This document shows positions 47,961-57,959 of a DNA stretch of 64,000 bases, in pieces (position 1 is the first letter of the stretch; every line of letters starts with the position of its first letter). The notes below the pieces were generated by a model, which was given only the letters and a program-made list of their open reading frames with translations, made no database searches and had not been told where the DNA came from. A program made the translations under genes and the position numbers. Source of the DNA: Vicinamibacterales bacterium (lineage in GTDB: Bacteria; Acidobacteriota; Vicinamibacteria; Vicinamibacterales; SCN-69-37); assembly GCA_040902895.1 (NCBI GenBank), contig JBBDWL010000084.1, positions 19,425 to 83,424 of the forward strand, given 5' to 3'.

Positions 47961-50167
47961 CGTCGGCCAAGCGGCGCAAGGCCGCGCCATCGGGCGGCCG
48001 CGGCGGGCGGGCCCCACGCGCTCGCAGCATCGGGCCGGCACGCGCACGAGGCGCCCGCCTCGCCGGCGCACTCGTCACGGTCGCCATCGCGGCAGCCGCC
48101 GTGTGGTGGCTCGCGTTCCGGGCACCCGCTGTGGAGATCCGCCGCACGCCCGATCAAAACGTTCTGCTCATCACCATCGATACCCTGCGGGCGGATGCGC
48201 TCGGTGCCTACGGCGGCCGCGCCCGGACGCCCAATCTCGATGCCCTGGCGGCGCGCGGCGTACGATATGACTTCGCGCACGCGCACGCCGTCTTGACGCT
48301 GCCGTCGCACGCGAGCATCCTCACCGGCCGCTATCCATTCGAGCATGGCATCCGCGACAACAGCGGCTATCGGCTGCGCGCCGGCGAGCGGACCCTCGCC
48401 GGCCTGCTCAAACAGGCGGGATATGCCACCGGCGCGTTCATCGCCGCGTTTCCGCTCGACGCGCGGTTCGGCCTGGGCGAGGGGTTCGACCTGTACGACG
48501 ATCGGATTCCCGAGAATCTCGCGTCGGCCGACTTCGTGATCGCAGAGCGGCCGGCGGGCGAGGTCGTGACGGCGGCCACGCAGTGGCTCGCGGGGCAGCA
48601 GGGCCGCTGGTTCTCGTGGGTGCACGTCTTCGATCCGCACGCCGCTTATACGCCGCCCGCGCCCTACGATCGGGAATACGCTGACAGCCCGTACCACGGC
48701 GAGGTCGCCTACGCCGATCGGGCGCTCGGCACGCTGCTGGATGCCGTGGCGGCCGGATCCGGCCGGCCGACGCTCGTCATCGTGACATCCGATCACGGCG
48801 AGGCCCTCGGCGATCATGGCGAGCTCACGCATGGCCTCTTTGCGTACGAGTCGACCCTGCGCGTGCCTCTGATCGTTGCGCAACTACCGCCCGCTCCGAC
48901 CGCAGTCGCCTTCCGCAGTCAGGTGCCGCGAGGCGAGGTCTCCGGCGTCGCCGCCCGTCACGTCGATCTGATGCCGACGGTGCTTGACGCCCTTGGGCTG
49001 GAGGTGCCTTCCGATCTGCCTGGCCGCAGCCTCCTGGGCGCGGGTGCGAACGATCCCGAGCGAACGTCATTTTTCGAATCGATGTCGGCGTCGCTGAACC
49101 GGGGCTGGGCGCCGCTCGAGGGCGTGCTGGCGGGACGCGAAAAATACATCTCGCTGCCCGTTCCGGAGCTTTACGATCTGGCGGCTGATCCCGCCGAGCG
49201 AGTCAATCTGGCGGATCGGTCACACGAGCGCCTGCGTGCGCTGCAAGCGCGGCTGCGTGGGTTCGACGCCGCGGCGCCCGCCGCGCAGACTGCGGAGTCG
49301 GCGGACGTGCTCGCCCGCCTGAAGGCTCTCGGGTACGTGTCGGGCACGGCCACGCGAAAGGTGCGCTACACCGAAGAGGATGATCCCAAGCAGCTGGTCA
49401 AACTCGATCAGGCCGTGCATCACGGCGTAGACCTGTATCAACGGGGACAGCCCCGGGAGGCGGCGGCGGTCTACCAGCGCGTGATCGCCGAGCGCCCGGA
49501 TATGGCAATCGCTTATCGGCATCTCGCGCTGCTGCAATGGGAGCTCGGCGAACCTGGCGCAGCGATCGGAACGCTGCGGGCAGCCGTCGACCGCGGTGTG
49601 ACGGAAGCCGGGGTGGCCACGCAGCTCGGCATCTATCTCGCCGAGGCCGGTCAGCCGGGCGAGGCGTTACCGTTGCTCGAAGCGACGGTGGCGTCGCGAC
49701 CTGCAGACGTCGAGGCGCTCAATGCGCTCGGCATTGCCCGCGCCCGGACGGGGCAGACGGCCAGGGCGCTCCAGACCTTTCAACGTGTCCTCGAGATTGA
49801 TCGGCACAACGCCATGGCCTACGAGAACATGGCGACGGTCCATCTGCGGCAGAATGATCTGGCCGCCGCACGCCGCGCCTTGCAGGCCGCCGCGGCCATC
49901 AACCCGCGATCCACGGCCGTGTACACGGGGCTTGGCGTCGTGGCCCTGCGTGCCGGCGATCCTGCCTCGGCAATCGCGCATTGGAAGCGCGCAGTGGACC
50001 TGCATCCGGCGAATTTCGACGCGCTGTTCAACCTCGCCACCGAACTCATCAACTCGGGACAGCACGACACAGCACGACCGTATGCCGAACAATTCGTTCG
50101 AACTGCCCCATCCGCGTTTTATGGCCCCGAAATCGAGCGCCTGACGGCGTTCCTGCGCGCCCGCTGA
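47957..50167 (+). CDS. Sulfatase-like hydrolase/transferase fused to TPR repeats (paralog of preceding gene)
   Basis: 736 aa. The candidate TTG start overlaps the upstream TGA (start uncertain; there is no ATG before the TM segment LVTVAIAAAAVWWLAF). LLITIDTLRADALGAYGG, VLTLPSHASILTG, IVTSDHGEALGDHGE. C-terminal TPRs. Confidence 0.75.
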   Translation: MTSAKRRKAAPSGGRGGRAPRARSIGPARARGARLAGALVTVAIAAAAVWWLAFRAPAVEIRRTPDQNVLLITIDTLRADALGAYGGRARTPNLDALAARGVRYDFAHAHAVLTLPSHASILTGRYPFEHGIRDNSGYRLRAGERTLAGLLKQAGYATGAFIAAFPLDARFGLGEGFDLYDDRIPENLASADFVIAERPAGEVVTAATQWLAGQQGRWFSWVHVFDPHAAYTPPAPYDREYADSPYHGEVAYADRALGTLLDAVAAGSGRPTLVIVTSDHGEALGDHGELTHGLFAYESTLRVPLIVAQLPPAPTAVAFRSQVPRGEVSGVAARHVDLMPTVLDALGLEVPSDLPGRSLLGAGANDPERTSFFESMSASLNRGWAPLEGVLAGREKYISLPVPELYDLAADPAERVNLADRSHERLRALQARLRGFDAAAPAAQTAESADVLARLKALGYVSGTATRKVRYTEEDDPKQLVKLDQAVHHGVDLYQRGQPREAAAVYQRVIAERPDMAIAYRHLALLQWELGEPGAAIGTLRAAVDRGVTEAGVATQLGIYLAEAGQPGEALPLLEATVASRPADVEALNALGIARARTGQTARALQTFQRVLEIDRHNAMAYENMATVHLRQNDLAAARRALQAAAAINPRSTAVYTGLGVVALRAGDPASAIAHWKRAVDLHPANFDALFNLATELINSGQHDTARPYAEQFVRTAPSAFYGPEIERLTAFLRAR

Positions 50168-50232
50168 GACCTGAGCCCGCGTTCATTCCCAGACGGGGCG
50201 CGTGCTAGGATCGTCTTTTCAGAGGCACTTCC

Positions 50233-52839
50233 ATGAAGCGTGTCACGGCCTCCGTCCCGCTGCTGTTGCTTGCAGCAATCGCCGTTCGGTCGGATGACGC
50301 CCGCGCGCAGTCTCAGCAGCCCGTCGCGACGTTCCGCTCCGGTACCGTGCTTGCGCAGCTCGACATTCGCGTCGTCGATGATAAAACCGGGCGCCCGATT
50401 CAGGACCTGCGGGCCGATGAGATCGAAATCATCGAAGCCGGCCGGCGGCGTCCAGTCCTGCTGTTTCAGCACATGAGCGATCCTGCCGCGCCCTTGATGG
50501 AGGCGGCGGAACGAACGATCACCGGCGAAGTGTCGACCAACCAGGGCGCGCCGCGCGGCCAGTTGTACATCCTGATCTTTGATCAGGGACACATCTCGTC
50601 GGGCAACGAGCAGCGCGCACGCGCCGCCGCCGCGCGCTTTCTGACCACGCGTGTACGGCCGGGCGACCGTGTGGCGCTCTACGGCATTCCCGGTCCTGGA
50701 CCGCAGATAGGCTTTACGCCGAACGTCGAGCGCGTGATCGCGGAGCTGCCGAAGGTTCGCGGCGGGCTCGATCGCTTCTCCAACGGTGCAATCGGCGCCA
50801 TGCGGATTCAGGAAGCGCTCGAGGTCACTCGCGGCAACAACGAGGTCCTCGTCAAAGTCGCCAATCGGCTGTCTGCCGCGCGCTCCGGCACCGACGTGCT
50901 TGCAGGGATTGGGGCCGGGGCGCCGGGCGGGGGCGCCGACGACCGGGCCGTGTTCGAAATGCTCGTCAAAGAAGACGCGCGCGCAATGGTGGCTCGAGCG
51001 GATCAACGGGCGCGAAACTTCCTGCTGATGTTCGCCGACATCGTCCGCCAGATGCGAGCGATTGACGGGCGCAAGAGCGTCATGCTCTTTTCAGAAGGGT
51101 TCTTTGCCGACAACGTCTCGCGGGAGATCGAGCAGGTCGCCGCCGCCGCCGCCGAGTCGTACACCGTGATTAACACGCTGGATTTGAATCGGCGTCAGCT
51201 CGAGATCAGGGAGCCGGAGCCGGTGGGCGCCGACCACTTCAATGAGATCCAGAGCCGGCTCGGCGCGATCGGCAGCCTCAGCGCCGAAACGGACGGGATC
51301 CTGATGGCCGATGCCGTCAGTGCGCTCGATCGGTCGCTCGAGCGGGTCGCCGAGAATTCCCGCGACTACTATCTCGTGGGCTTCGAACCGGAGTCGTCTG
51401 ACAGTGGCGCGCTCTACCAGCGCGTGACGGTCGGCGTCACGCGGCCCGGCGCTCGCGTATTCGCACGAACCGGTTACTCCGCCGATCTCGGCAAGCGCAT
51501 TCCGCAGCGCCGGCACACGATCGATGCCGCGCTCAAGGCCCCGTTTCCCCATCAGGGGCTATCCGTCAGCTACACGTCCTACGTGATGCGCGGCGCCTCG
51601 CCGGGCATGCAGAAGGTATTCGTCAGTCTGATGACGCATCTTCCCGTGACTGACGCGGCCGCGCCGAGAGCCGACGTTGTATTCGTGGTGCGTGACGTCC
51701 GGGATGGCCGCGTGATGGCCAGCGGCACCGACACGCTGCCGATGCCGCGCGTAGCGGAGCCGGGCGCGACCACGGGAACCGCACACTACAAAGTGCAGTT
51801 CGAGCTTCCGGCGGGCTCGTATCTGATGCGGGCCGTCGTGCGCGATCCGAGCGGCCTTGTCGGCAGCGCCGATCGCCGCTTCGACGTACGCCGGCTCGAT
51901 CGGCCCGGTGTCACGTTCAGCGATCTTATCTTGAGTGATGTGCGGGGCGCGCTGCCCGTGCGAGCAATCGCGCATCATGGCAGCGGCCTCGTTGGCACGC
52001 TCGAACTCTATGCGCCGAGCCCCGCGCAGCTCTCCGACGTCTCGGTCACGGCGGAGTTGGCACCCGTTGGCGGCCAACGCGCCGTGAGCGTCGTGCGTGC
52101 CGGCCTGCAGGAGGTGCGGGGCGGTGACGGCGCCGCCAGCCGCGCGGCGCGTCTCGCGGTGCCGCTGACCGGGGTGCCGCTGGGCGATTACCTCGTGACG
52201 GCGATTGTTCGGGCGGGTGGAGAGCAGGTCGGAACGGCCACTCGTGAGCTGCGTGTAGCCGATGAATCGTCGGTGGCGCCCGTCGCGGCGCCGGAACGCG
52301 CGCACCCGAATCCGGCGGCCGTGCTCGAAGGCCGCATGGCACAGGAATACCTACGCGAGCTTCACCGCGCGGCGGTGGGAACCCCTCTGCAGCAGGCCGC
52401 GGAGTACGCTTTGACCGCCGCATGGGCGCCCGTGCTTGCGGCCGTGCCTCAGGGCGAGGCCGCGATGTCGCCGGCCGGGAGCGCGCTGCGCGGGCTGGCC
52501 CGGCTCGGCCTCGGGGAGTATGCCGGCGCGGCGGACGATCTGCGCCGCGCGTTCGATGCCGGCGACCGCAAGGATGCTCGCGCCGCGTTCGTACTGGGGT
52601 GGGCCTCGGCCGGGGCTGGACGGCCTCGCGATGCGATCAGCGCCTGGCGCGCGGCCGTCTTCATCGATCCGCTGATGGTCCCGGCGTACCTCGCCATGGC
52701 CGATCAATACATGCGGCTGTCGGAGGCCGCGCTCGCGGCCCAGGCGCTGCGTACGGGTCTCAGCGCCATCCCTGACTCGCCTGAGCTGAAGAGCAAGCTT
52801 TCCGAAATCGAACGGGCCACATCGAGGCCGCGCTCATGA
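50233..52839 (+). CDS. Exported VWA-domain protein of the VWFA-related acidobacterial type with C-terminal TPR region
   Basis: 868 aa. Signal MKRVTASVPLLLLAAIAV. Typical N-terminal strand pattern FRSGTVLAQLDIRVVDDKTGRPIQDLRADEIEIIEAGRRRPVLLF, then a VWA-like core (LYILIFDQGH...MLFSEGF...TLDLN). The C-terminal TPR segment is paralogous to 53629-56169. Confidence 0.7.
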   Translation: MKRVTASVPLLLLAAIAVRSDDARAQSQQPVATFRSGTVLAQLDIRVVDDKTGRPIQDLRADEIEIIEAGRRRPVLLFQHMSDPAAPLMEAAERTITGEVSTNQGAPRGQLYILIFDQGHISSGNEQRARAAAARFLTTRVRPGDRVALYGIPGPGPQIGFTPNVERVIAELPKVRGGLDRFSNGAIGAMRIQEALEVTRGNNEVLVKVANRLSAARSGTDVLAGIGAGAPGGGADDRAVFEMLVKEDARAMVARADQRARNFLLMFADIVRQMRAIDGRKSVMLFSEGFFADNVSREIEQVAAAAAESYTVINTLDLNRRQLEIREPEPVGADHFNEIQSRLGAIGSLSAETDGILMADAVSALDRSLERVAENSRDYYLVGFEPESSDSGALYQRVTVGVTRPGARVFARTGYSADLGKRIPQRRHTIDAALKAPFPHQGLSVSYTSYVMRGASPGMQKVFVSLMTHLPVTDAAAPRADVVFVVRDVRDGRVMASGTDTLPMPRVAEPGATTGTAHYKVQFELPAGSYLMRAVVRDPSGLVGSADRRFDVRRLDRPGVTFSDLILSDVRGALPVRAIAHHGSGLVGTLELYAPSPAQLSDVSVTAELAPVGGQRAVSVVRAGLQEVRGGDGAASRAARLAVPLTGVPLGDYLVTAIVRAGGEQVGTATRELRVADESSVAPVAAPERAHPNPAAVLEGRMAQEYLRELHRAAVGTPLQQAAEYALTAAWAPVLAAVPQGEAAMSPAGSALRGLARLGLGEYAGAADDLRRAFDAGDRKDARAAFVLGWASAGAGRPRDAISAWRAAVFIDPLMVPAYLAMADQYMRLSEAALAAQALRTGLSAIPDSPELKSKLSEIERATSRPRS

Positions 52840-53615
52840 TTATTCTGGCCACGCTGTTTTTTGCGACCGCTCAAGCCGCGCAGGCGGTCGAAGCCACCGC
52901 CATCCGCGTCGCCACGCCGGTGCGCGTCGCGGAGATCGATACCGGGAAACTGAAGGGGGAACCCGTGCGGCTGGCCTGGTCGGCCGATGGAATACAGCTC
53001 TATCTGCAGACCGCGGACCGCAAGAGCGATGGCACGGCCGTGGCGCGCCACTACGTCATCGCGTCCTCGGGTGGCAAATTCTCGGCCGTCGACGTCGAGC
53101 CGCCGTGGGCGGCGGAATACTGGGCGTGGAAGTCGGCGCAGGCGGCGCCGGGCTCGCCGGCATTCAAGATCGCGGTCGATTCTGAGCGGCGCATGCTTCG
53201 CAGTACGGCCACGCCGCGAGGCAGCGAGATCGCCGGCATGGGTGGAGACCCCGGCAGCGGCATGGCTATCGGGGGCAGCCGCGCCGGTGGCGGCGCACCG
53301 GTCACCGTCGGCGAAGCACAGATGGCCATCGTGTATTTCATGCTGCTCAACGGCGATGTAATTGGCGAGTGGGTGAATGCCCCGATCGTGCCGGGCGAAA
53401 CATTCAGCTGGTCACCGGGCGCGCTGGGCCTCATCGCCTATCGCAATCGCGACGGAAAGCTCGTGATCGCCGACGGCGCCGGACGGCGCAACACCCTCCC
53501 CGGATCGTCGCACGTCAGTTTGCCGGCCTGGTCCGCCGACGGAACGAAGCTCGCGTTTCTGCAGAAGACCGGCCGCAAGAAATACGATCTGCTTGTCGCC
53601 GGCGTCAGCCGTTGA
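52836..53615 (+). CDS. Exported hypothetical protein with TolB/WD40-like WSADG strands
   Basis: 259 aa. The ATG overlaps the upstream TGA (ATGA). Signal MIILATLFFATAQAAQA. Repeated LAWSADGIQLY / PAWSADGTKLAF motifs and a Gly-rich central loop. No family recognised. Confidence 0.5.
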   Translation: MIILATLFFATAQAAQAVEATAIRVATPVRVAEIDTGKLKGEPVRLAWSADGIQLYLQTADRKSDGTAVARHYVIASSGGKFSAVDVEPPWAAEYWAWKSAQAAPGSPAFKIAVDSERRMLRSTATPRGSEIAGMGGDPGSGMAIGGSRAGGGAPVTVGEAQMAIVYFMLLNGDVIGEWVNAPIVPGETFSWSPGALGLIAYRNRDGKLVIADGAGRRNTLPGSSHVSLPAWSADGTKLAFLQKTGRKKYDLLVAGVSR

Positions 53616-53628
53616 ACTTCGGGATTCG

Positions 53629-56169
53629 ATGATGGCTTCGCGGCTCTCTGTCCCTGGCCTGCTTCTGCTCCTGGTGCTGCTTCTGCAGACCGCGGTGGCC
53701 GGGCAAAACCAACAGCCGACCTTTCGGGGCGAAACCCAGATCGTCGAAGTCGACGTCATCGTCCGCGATGGCCAGGGACGGTTTGTCGAAGGCCTTACGC
53801 GTGACGACTTCGAAATCGAGGAAGATGGCAGGCCGCAGCGCGTCGAGACGGCGTTTCTGGTGGGCGGTCCGATGACGCCCACGCGTGCGCCAGACGCTGC
53901 CGCCCCGCCAGCGGGAATTGCCGCCGGCGCGCGCGCCCGCCGGCTGTTCATATTCGTCTTCGACGATCAGCACATCGCGCCAGGGGCGTTCAAGCAGCTG
54001 CAGAGCGCGGCTGAGTCGTTTCTGCGCGACCAGTTTCAGGACGCCGACATCGGCGGCATCGTCGCGGGCGGCCGCATGCTCGACGACCGGCTGACCAGCC
54101 GGCGCGAAGAGCTCATTGAGTCGCTGCGGCGCGTCAAGCCGTCTGGCGAGCGCAGCGCGCGCATCTTCGATTTGAACGACTATCCGCGTTTCATCAGCGA
54201 AATCGAAGCCGTGCGCGTGCATGCCGGCGACACCGAGTTGCTCGAGCAGGTGGTAAGACGCGCCAACCGGGACCAGCCGCCCGGCCCCGGAATGTGGGAC
54301 CCTTCGGGGGCGATCCAGACAAAGGCCGCGAAAATCACTTCCGAACTGCGCGCCGCCGCGTTGCAGACGCTGAATATGCTGGAGACGCTGGCCCAGGGAC
54401 TCGGCCGGCTGCCGGGCCGCAAAACGGTGGTCTTCCTGACCAGCGGCTTCTATATCGACGAGACCTGGGCCAGGCTGCCGGAGATTGTCGGACGCGCGGC
54501 TCGGGCGCGCGTGACGTTCTACACGATTGACGCACGCGGGCTCGACCGCACCGCGGCAGGCCGCGACATTCGCGATGCCCAGTTTTCCGAGACCGAGGCG
54601 CGTTTTCTCGCGGCCTTCGACACGTGGGAAGACGCGCCGAACAGCGTTGCCGTTGACTCGGGCGGGTTCGTGGTGCGCAATACCAACGATTACCGCGCCG
54701 CGTTTGCGGACATCGCCGCCGACACGAGCACGTACTACGTGCTTGGATATGCGCCCACGCTCGCGCCTGACGGAACATTCCGGAAGATCACCGTGCGCGT
54801 GCGGCGGCCGGGGGTGACGGTGCGCGCGCGGAAAGGCTATGTCGCCGACGCGAGGCAGTTCACGGCCGCGCGTTCGCCGGCGGCCGGTGCCGCGGCTGCG
54901 GGTGCCGCCGCGCCCGCTCCGGGGGGCGCCGTGGTCGACGTCGGGCGCGCGCCGCTCATTCGTGCGCGTCTCGAGCAGGCGCGAACGGAGGCGCCTGTGC
55001 TCGCCGCGGCCGTTGACGCGCTGCTCGCCGCCGCGCCCCGCGAGGCGCTGGCCGCGCTCTCTCCCGGCGCCACGCCGGCCCCGCCCGTTGCCGATCTCAT
55101 CGCGGGCCTTGCACACTTCGCGCTGCGCGACGACCCGGCTGCCACAGCGGCGCTGAAGCGAGGCGTGACAGCGCTGCCAACCGATCCGCTGCCGTCGTTC
55201 GTCCTCGGCTGGGTCCACGCGACCGCAGGGCGCGACCGGGATGCAGCCGGCGCGTATCGCAACGCCACGGTCATCGCCCCGTCGTTCGTGCCCGCGCATC
55301 TCGCGCTTGCGGACAGCTATCTGCGCATGTCGCAGATCGATCTGGCGCGGCAGGCGCTGCGCGCGGGAATTGCGGCCAATCCGGCCTCCGCGGAACTGCA
55401 GGCTCGCCTGCAGGCCCTCGAGAAGCGTTCGCCCGCGCCCATGCCATTCGCGGGCAATCCGGCGGCGGATCTCGAAACGGCGAATACCGGTCTCGCTCCC
55501 CGCGCGCGCCCGTCGCCCGTCGAACGGCTGCTGCAGTTATCCCCTGCAGCGGCCTCGGACGGCTCGACGCGCGCGGCCGAAGGCTGGGCCGCGTACACAC
55601 GCGGTGACGTCGAGAGTGCGGCCCGCCTGCTCGATCAGGCGACGTCGGAGCCTGGTGCGAAGCCCTGGGTCCACTATGCCCTTGGATTCGCGCGGCTGGC
55701 AGAGGGTAAGGCGGCGGCCGCCGTTCGAGCATGGGAGCATGTCCGCCAGGCGGCACCAGACTTCGAGCCGGTGTATTTCGACCTCACCGACGTCTATCTG
55801 CAGGTTGGTGATGACGCCGCCGCCCTTCGCGTCCTGCAAGCGGCCCAACAGCGGTGGCAATCGGACGCGGAAGTGTGGAACGCGCACGGTGTGGTGCAGG
55901 TGCGCCGCGGCGTGCTCCAGGAGGCGGTGGAGTCGTTCAGCCGGGCGATCGCGAGCGCGCCGGATGACCCGGCGGCGCACTTCAATCTTGGACGGGCGCA
56001 CCAGATGCGGTATCTGCACTCGCGCCGGTACAACGCGGCGATGGGCCGCTGGTTGGCCGACGAGCGGGAGCGGAATTCGGCGATCGCGTCTTTCAGACAA
56101 TGCGTAGCGCTCGGCGGGCCATACGTCGCCGCCGCGCGCGAGGCGCTCTCCGCCCTCGAATGGCGCTGA
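53629..56169 (+). CDS. Exported VWA-domain protein (VWFA-related acidobacterial type) with extended TPR region
   Basis: ORF 53593..56169 trimmed to the ATG at 53629 (MMASRLSVPGLLLLLVLLLQTAVAGQ). TFRGETQIVEVDVIVRDGQGRFVEGLTRDDFEIEEDGRPQRV, VWA-like core (LFIFVFDDQH...VFLTSGF...TIDARG), then TPRs. The internal block PSFVLGWVHATAGRDRDAAGAYRNATVIAPSFVPAHLALADSYLRM is clearly paralogous to AAFVLGWASAGAGRPRDAISAWRAAVFIDPLMVPAYLAMADQYMRL of the 50233 gene. Confidence 0.7.
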   Translation: MMASRLSVPGLLLLLVLLLQTAVAGQNQQPTFRGETQIVEVDVIVRDGQGRFVEGLTRDDFEIEEDGRPQRVETAFLVGGPMTPTRAPDAAAPPAGIAAGARARRLFIFVFDDQHIAPGAFKQLQSAAESFLRDQFQDADIGGIVAGGRMLDDRLTSRREELIESLRRVKPSGERSARIFDLNDYPRFISEIEAVRVHAGDTELLEQVVRRANRDQPPGPGMWDPSGAIQTKAAKITSELRAAALQTLNMLETLAQGLGRLPGRKTVVFLTSGFYIDETWARLPEIVGRAARARVTFYTIDARGLDRTAAGRDIRDAQFSETEARFLAAFDTWEDAPNSVAVDSGGFVVRNTNDYRAAFADIAADTSTYYVLGYAPTLAPDGTFRKITVRVRRPGVTVRARKGYVADARQFTAARSPAAGAAAAGAAAPAPGGAVVDVGRAPLIRARLEQARTEAPVLAAAVDALLAAAPREALAALSPGATPAPPVADLIAGLAHFALRDDPAATAALKRGVTALPTDPLPSFVLGWVHATAGRDRDAAGAYRNATVIAPSFVPAHLALADSYLRMSQIDLARQALRAGIAANPASAELQARLQALEKRSPAPMPFAGNPAADLETANTGLAPRARPSPVERLLQLSPAAASDGSTRAAEGWAAYTRGDVESAARLLDQATSEPGAKPWVHYALGFARLAEGKAAAAVRAWEHVRQAAPDFEPVYFDLTDVYLQVGDDAAALRVLQAAQQRWQSDAEVWNAHGVVQVRRGVLQEAVESFSRAIASAPDDPAAHFNLGRAHQMRYLHSRRYNAAMGRWLADERERNSAIASFRQCVALGGPYVAAAREALSALEWR

Positions 56170-56175
56170 CGCCGC

Positions 56176-57957
56176 TCACCGCAATCGGGTCTCGGCCCGC
56201 ATGCGGCCGTCGGTCCCCTCCAGAAAGAAGCTTTCCCACATGATTCGGATGGTGTCGACCCGCTCGATCTGCGCTGGCGCGGCCTCACGCCCGGCGCCGA
56301 CGACGTAGAGGAAGGCCTGGCGATGGACTCTGGGCGACTCGGACGCGCGCGGAAGGCGCGGGCCGTGAACGGCGACGATGTCGTCGATGAGGACGTCACG
56401 CCGGGTGCCGTTGAACGTCACGCCAACCTGCGGAGACGAGCCGCGGTCTTTGAACGGCAAGACATTCGACGGATTCTCGACGTAGAAGAGGGGCGGCACC
56501 TCATGTGCCTCGATGAGGCCCATCGCGTACTGATCGAGCAGGCTATACCGTCTCACCGCGTCAATCGTGCGGAACGATCCGCCGCCGAGATCCTGAATGT
56601 CGTTGCCTTCCATCACCGATGCGTCGGAGTCGAAGAAGAAGCTCCAGTGTGACAGGCCGCGGCCGAGGAGCGCGTCGGATCGCTGGCCCCGATGATCCCG
56701 GACGTCCATGAACGCGAGCCACCGGTGTCCCACTTCCTGCCCCAGAATGCTCAACGTCGTGTTCTCACCGAGAAACTTGACGGTCGGATCCTCAGGGTAC
56801 TTTCCGAGAAAATCCATGACGGCGAGGCTGCGCAGCCGCCCCGCGCTGCCGAAGTCGCCCGACAACTCGAACAGATCGAGGCCGATGCCGCTGATCTCGT
56901 TGGCAATGGTGACTTCGAACGCAAAGGCGCCAACCGTGAGCGACTGGTCGGTCCAGATCACGAGCTGATCGTAGTCGTCCGGGTGCGTCTCATAGAAACG
57001 GCGCGTCAGCGCCACGGTGTCGAGCTGCGGGCGCTGCGCGAAGCGCTCGCCCATGGCCGCAGGTTCCCCGGTGCGCGAGGTGGCGTTGCTGAGATCGAGC
57101 GGTGCAAACAGGCCTGTGCGGCCGGGTGAGATGCCGACGACGGCGTCGGGAATATTGATCGTCTCACCAAATTTCAGCTCCACCGCGCCCTCGGGCAACA
57201 GCGTGGCCTGCACGTTGGTCACACGCGTGCTCTCGAAGCCGCGCACGCCGCACCACGTGACGGTGTACTGGTCTCCGGCCGCGTGCACGAAGACTCGGCC
57301 GCCCGCGGATGGATCCAGATCCGCCAGAAACGGCGCCACACGCGGAGGGCCTGTCATCAAACGCGCGACGTTGCGTTCGGTGCTGGCTTTGTCTTCATCC
57401 TCGAAGGTGATATTGCCGTCCGAATTCACGAACGCGATCTGCTGGGGCTCGCCATAAAACGGGAACGCGAACGGCACATTCACTTGCGCGCTATCGTCGT
57501 CGCTCAGCGTCAGCGAGGCGCCAAGCGTGCCCCTGAAGGCGCCGTCGATTTTCCGGACCTCATAGCCGTTGCCGGATGGAGAGAAGCGCAGACCCGTGCT
57601 GCGCAGATCGAACAGGTTCGGCGGCGCGATGATGTCGCCTCGGTCCTGGATGACGGCGATGTCGCCGACGTCCTGCGCGGGCGGCCCCAGGGGCTGGAGA
57701 GACGGGCGCGGTGAGCGGCCTGACTGCGCATGCAGGGCCAGCGCATCCAGGACTCCCCAGCGCGCGTCGCCGTCCACGGCTGTCGTCTTGTCGTGCGCCT
57801 CTGCCTGCAAGCGCGCGCCGGCGGCCGTCTCGACCGATACGGACGCGCACGGGTTTTGTGTGGTCGTGCCTCCGCCGGGCGGCGCAGTCGGGCTCTTGCC
57901 GCCCCCGCTGCAGGCGGCGGCCAGGACCCCCAGGAGAACCGCAGCAGCCTGCTTCAC
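56176..57957 (-). CDS. Hypothetical lipoprotein (possible degenerate zincin-like domain)
   Basis: 593 aa. Lipobox LLGVLAAACSGGG. The segment LGQEVGHRWLAF...GLSHWSFFFD looks like a HExxH zincin helix in which the first His is Gln. No family recognised. Confidence 0.5.
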   Translation of the reverse strand: MKQAAAVLLGVLAAACSGGGKSPTAPPGGGTTTQNPCASVSVETAAGARLQAEAHDKTTAVDGDARWGVLDALALHAQSGRSPRPSLQPLGPPAQDVGDIAVIQDRGDIIAPPNLFDLRSTGLRFSPSGNGYEVRKIDGAFRGTLGASLTLSDDDSAQVNVPFAFPFYGEPQQIAFVNSDGNITFEDEDKASTERNVARLMTGPPRVAPFLADLDPSAGGRVFVHAAGDQYTVTWCGVRGFESTRVTNVQATLLPEGAVELKFGETINIPDAVVGISPGRTGLFAPLDLSNATSRTGEPAAMGERFAQRPQLDTVALTRRFYETHPDDYDQLVIWTDQSLTVGAFAFEVTIANEISGIGLDLFELSGDFGSAGRLRSLAVMDFLGKYPEDPTVKFLGENTTLSILGQEVGHRWLAFMDVRDHRGQRSDALLGRGLSHWSFFFDSDASVMEGNDIQDLGGGSFRTIDAVRRYSLLDQYAMGLIEAHEVPPLFYVENPSNVLPFKDRGSSPQVGVTFNGTRRDVLIDDIVAVHGPRLPRASESPRVHRQAFLYVVGAGREAAPAQIERVDTIRIMWESFFLEGTDGRMRAETRLR

Positions 57958-57959
57958 CG

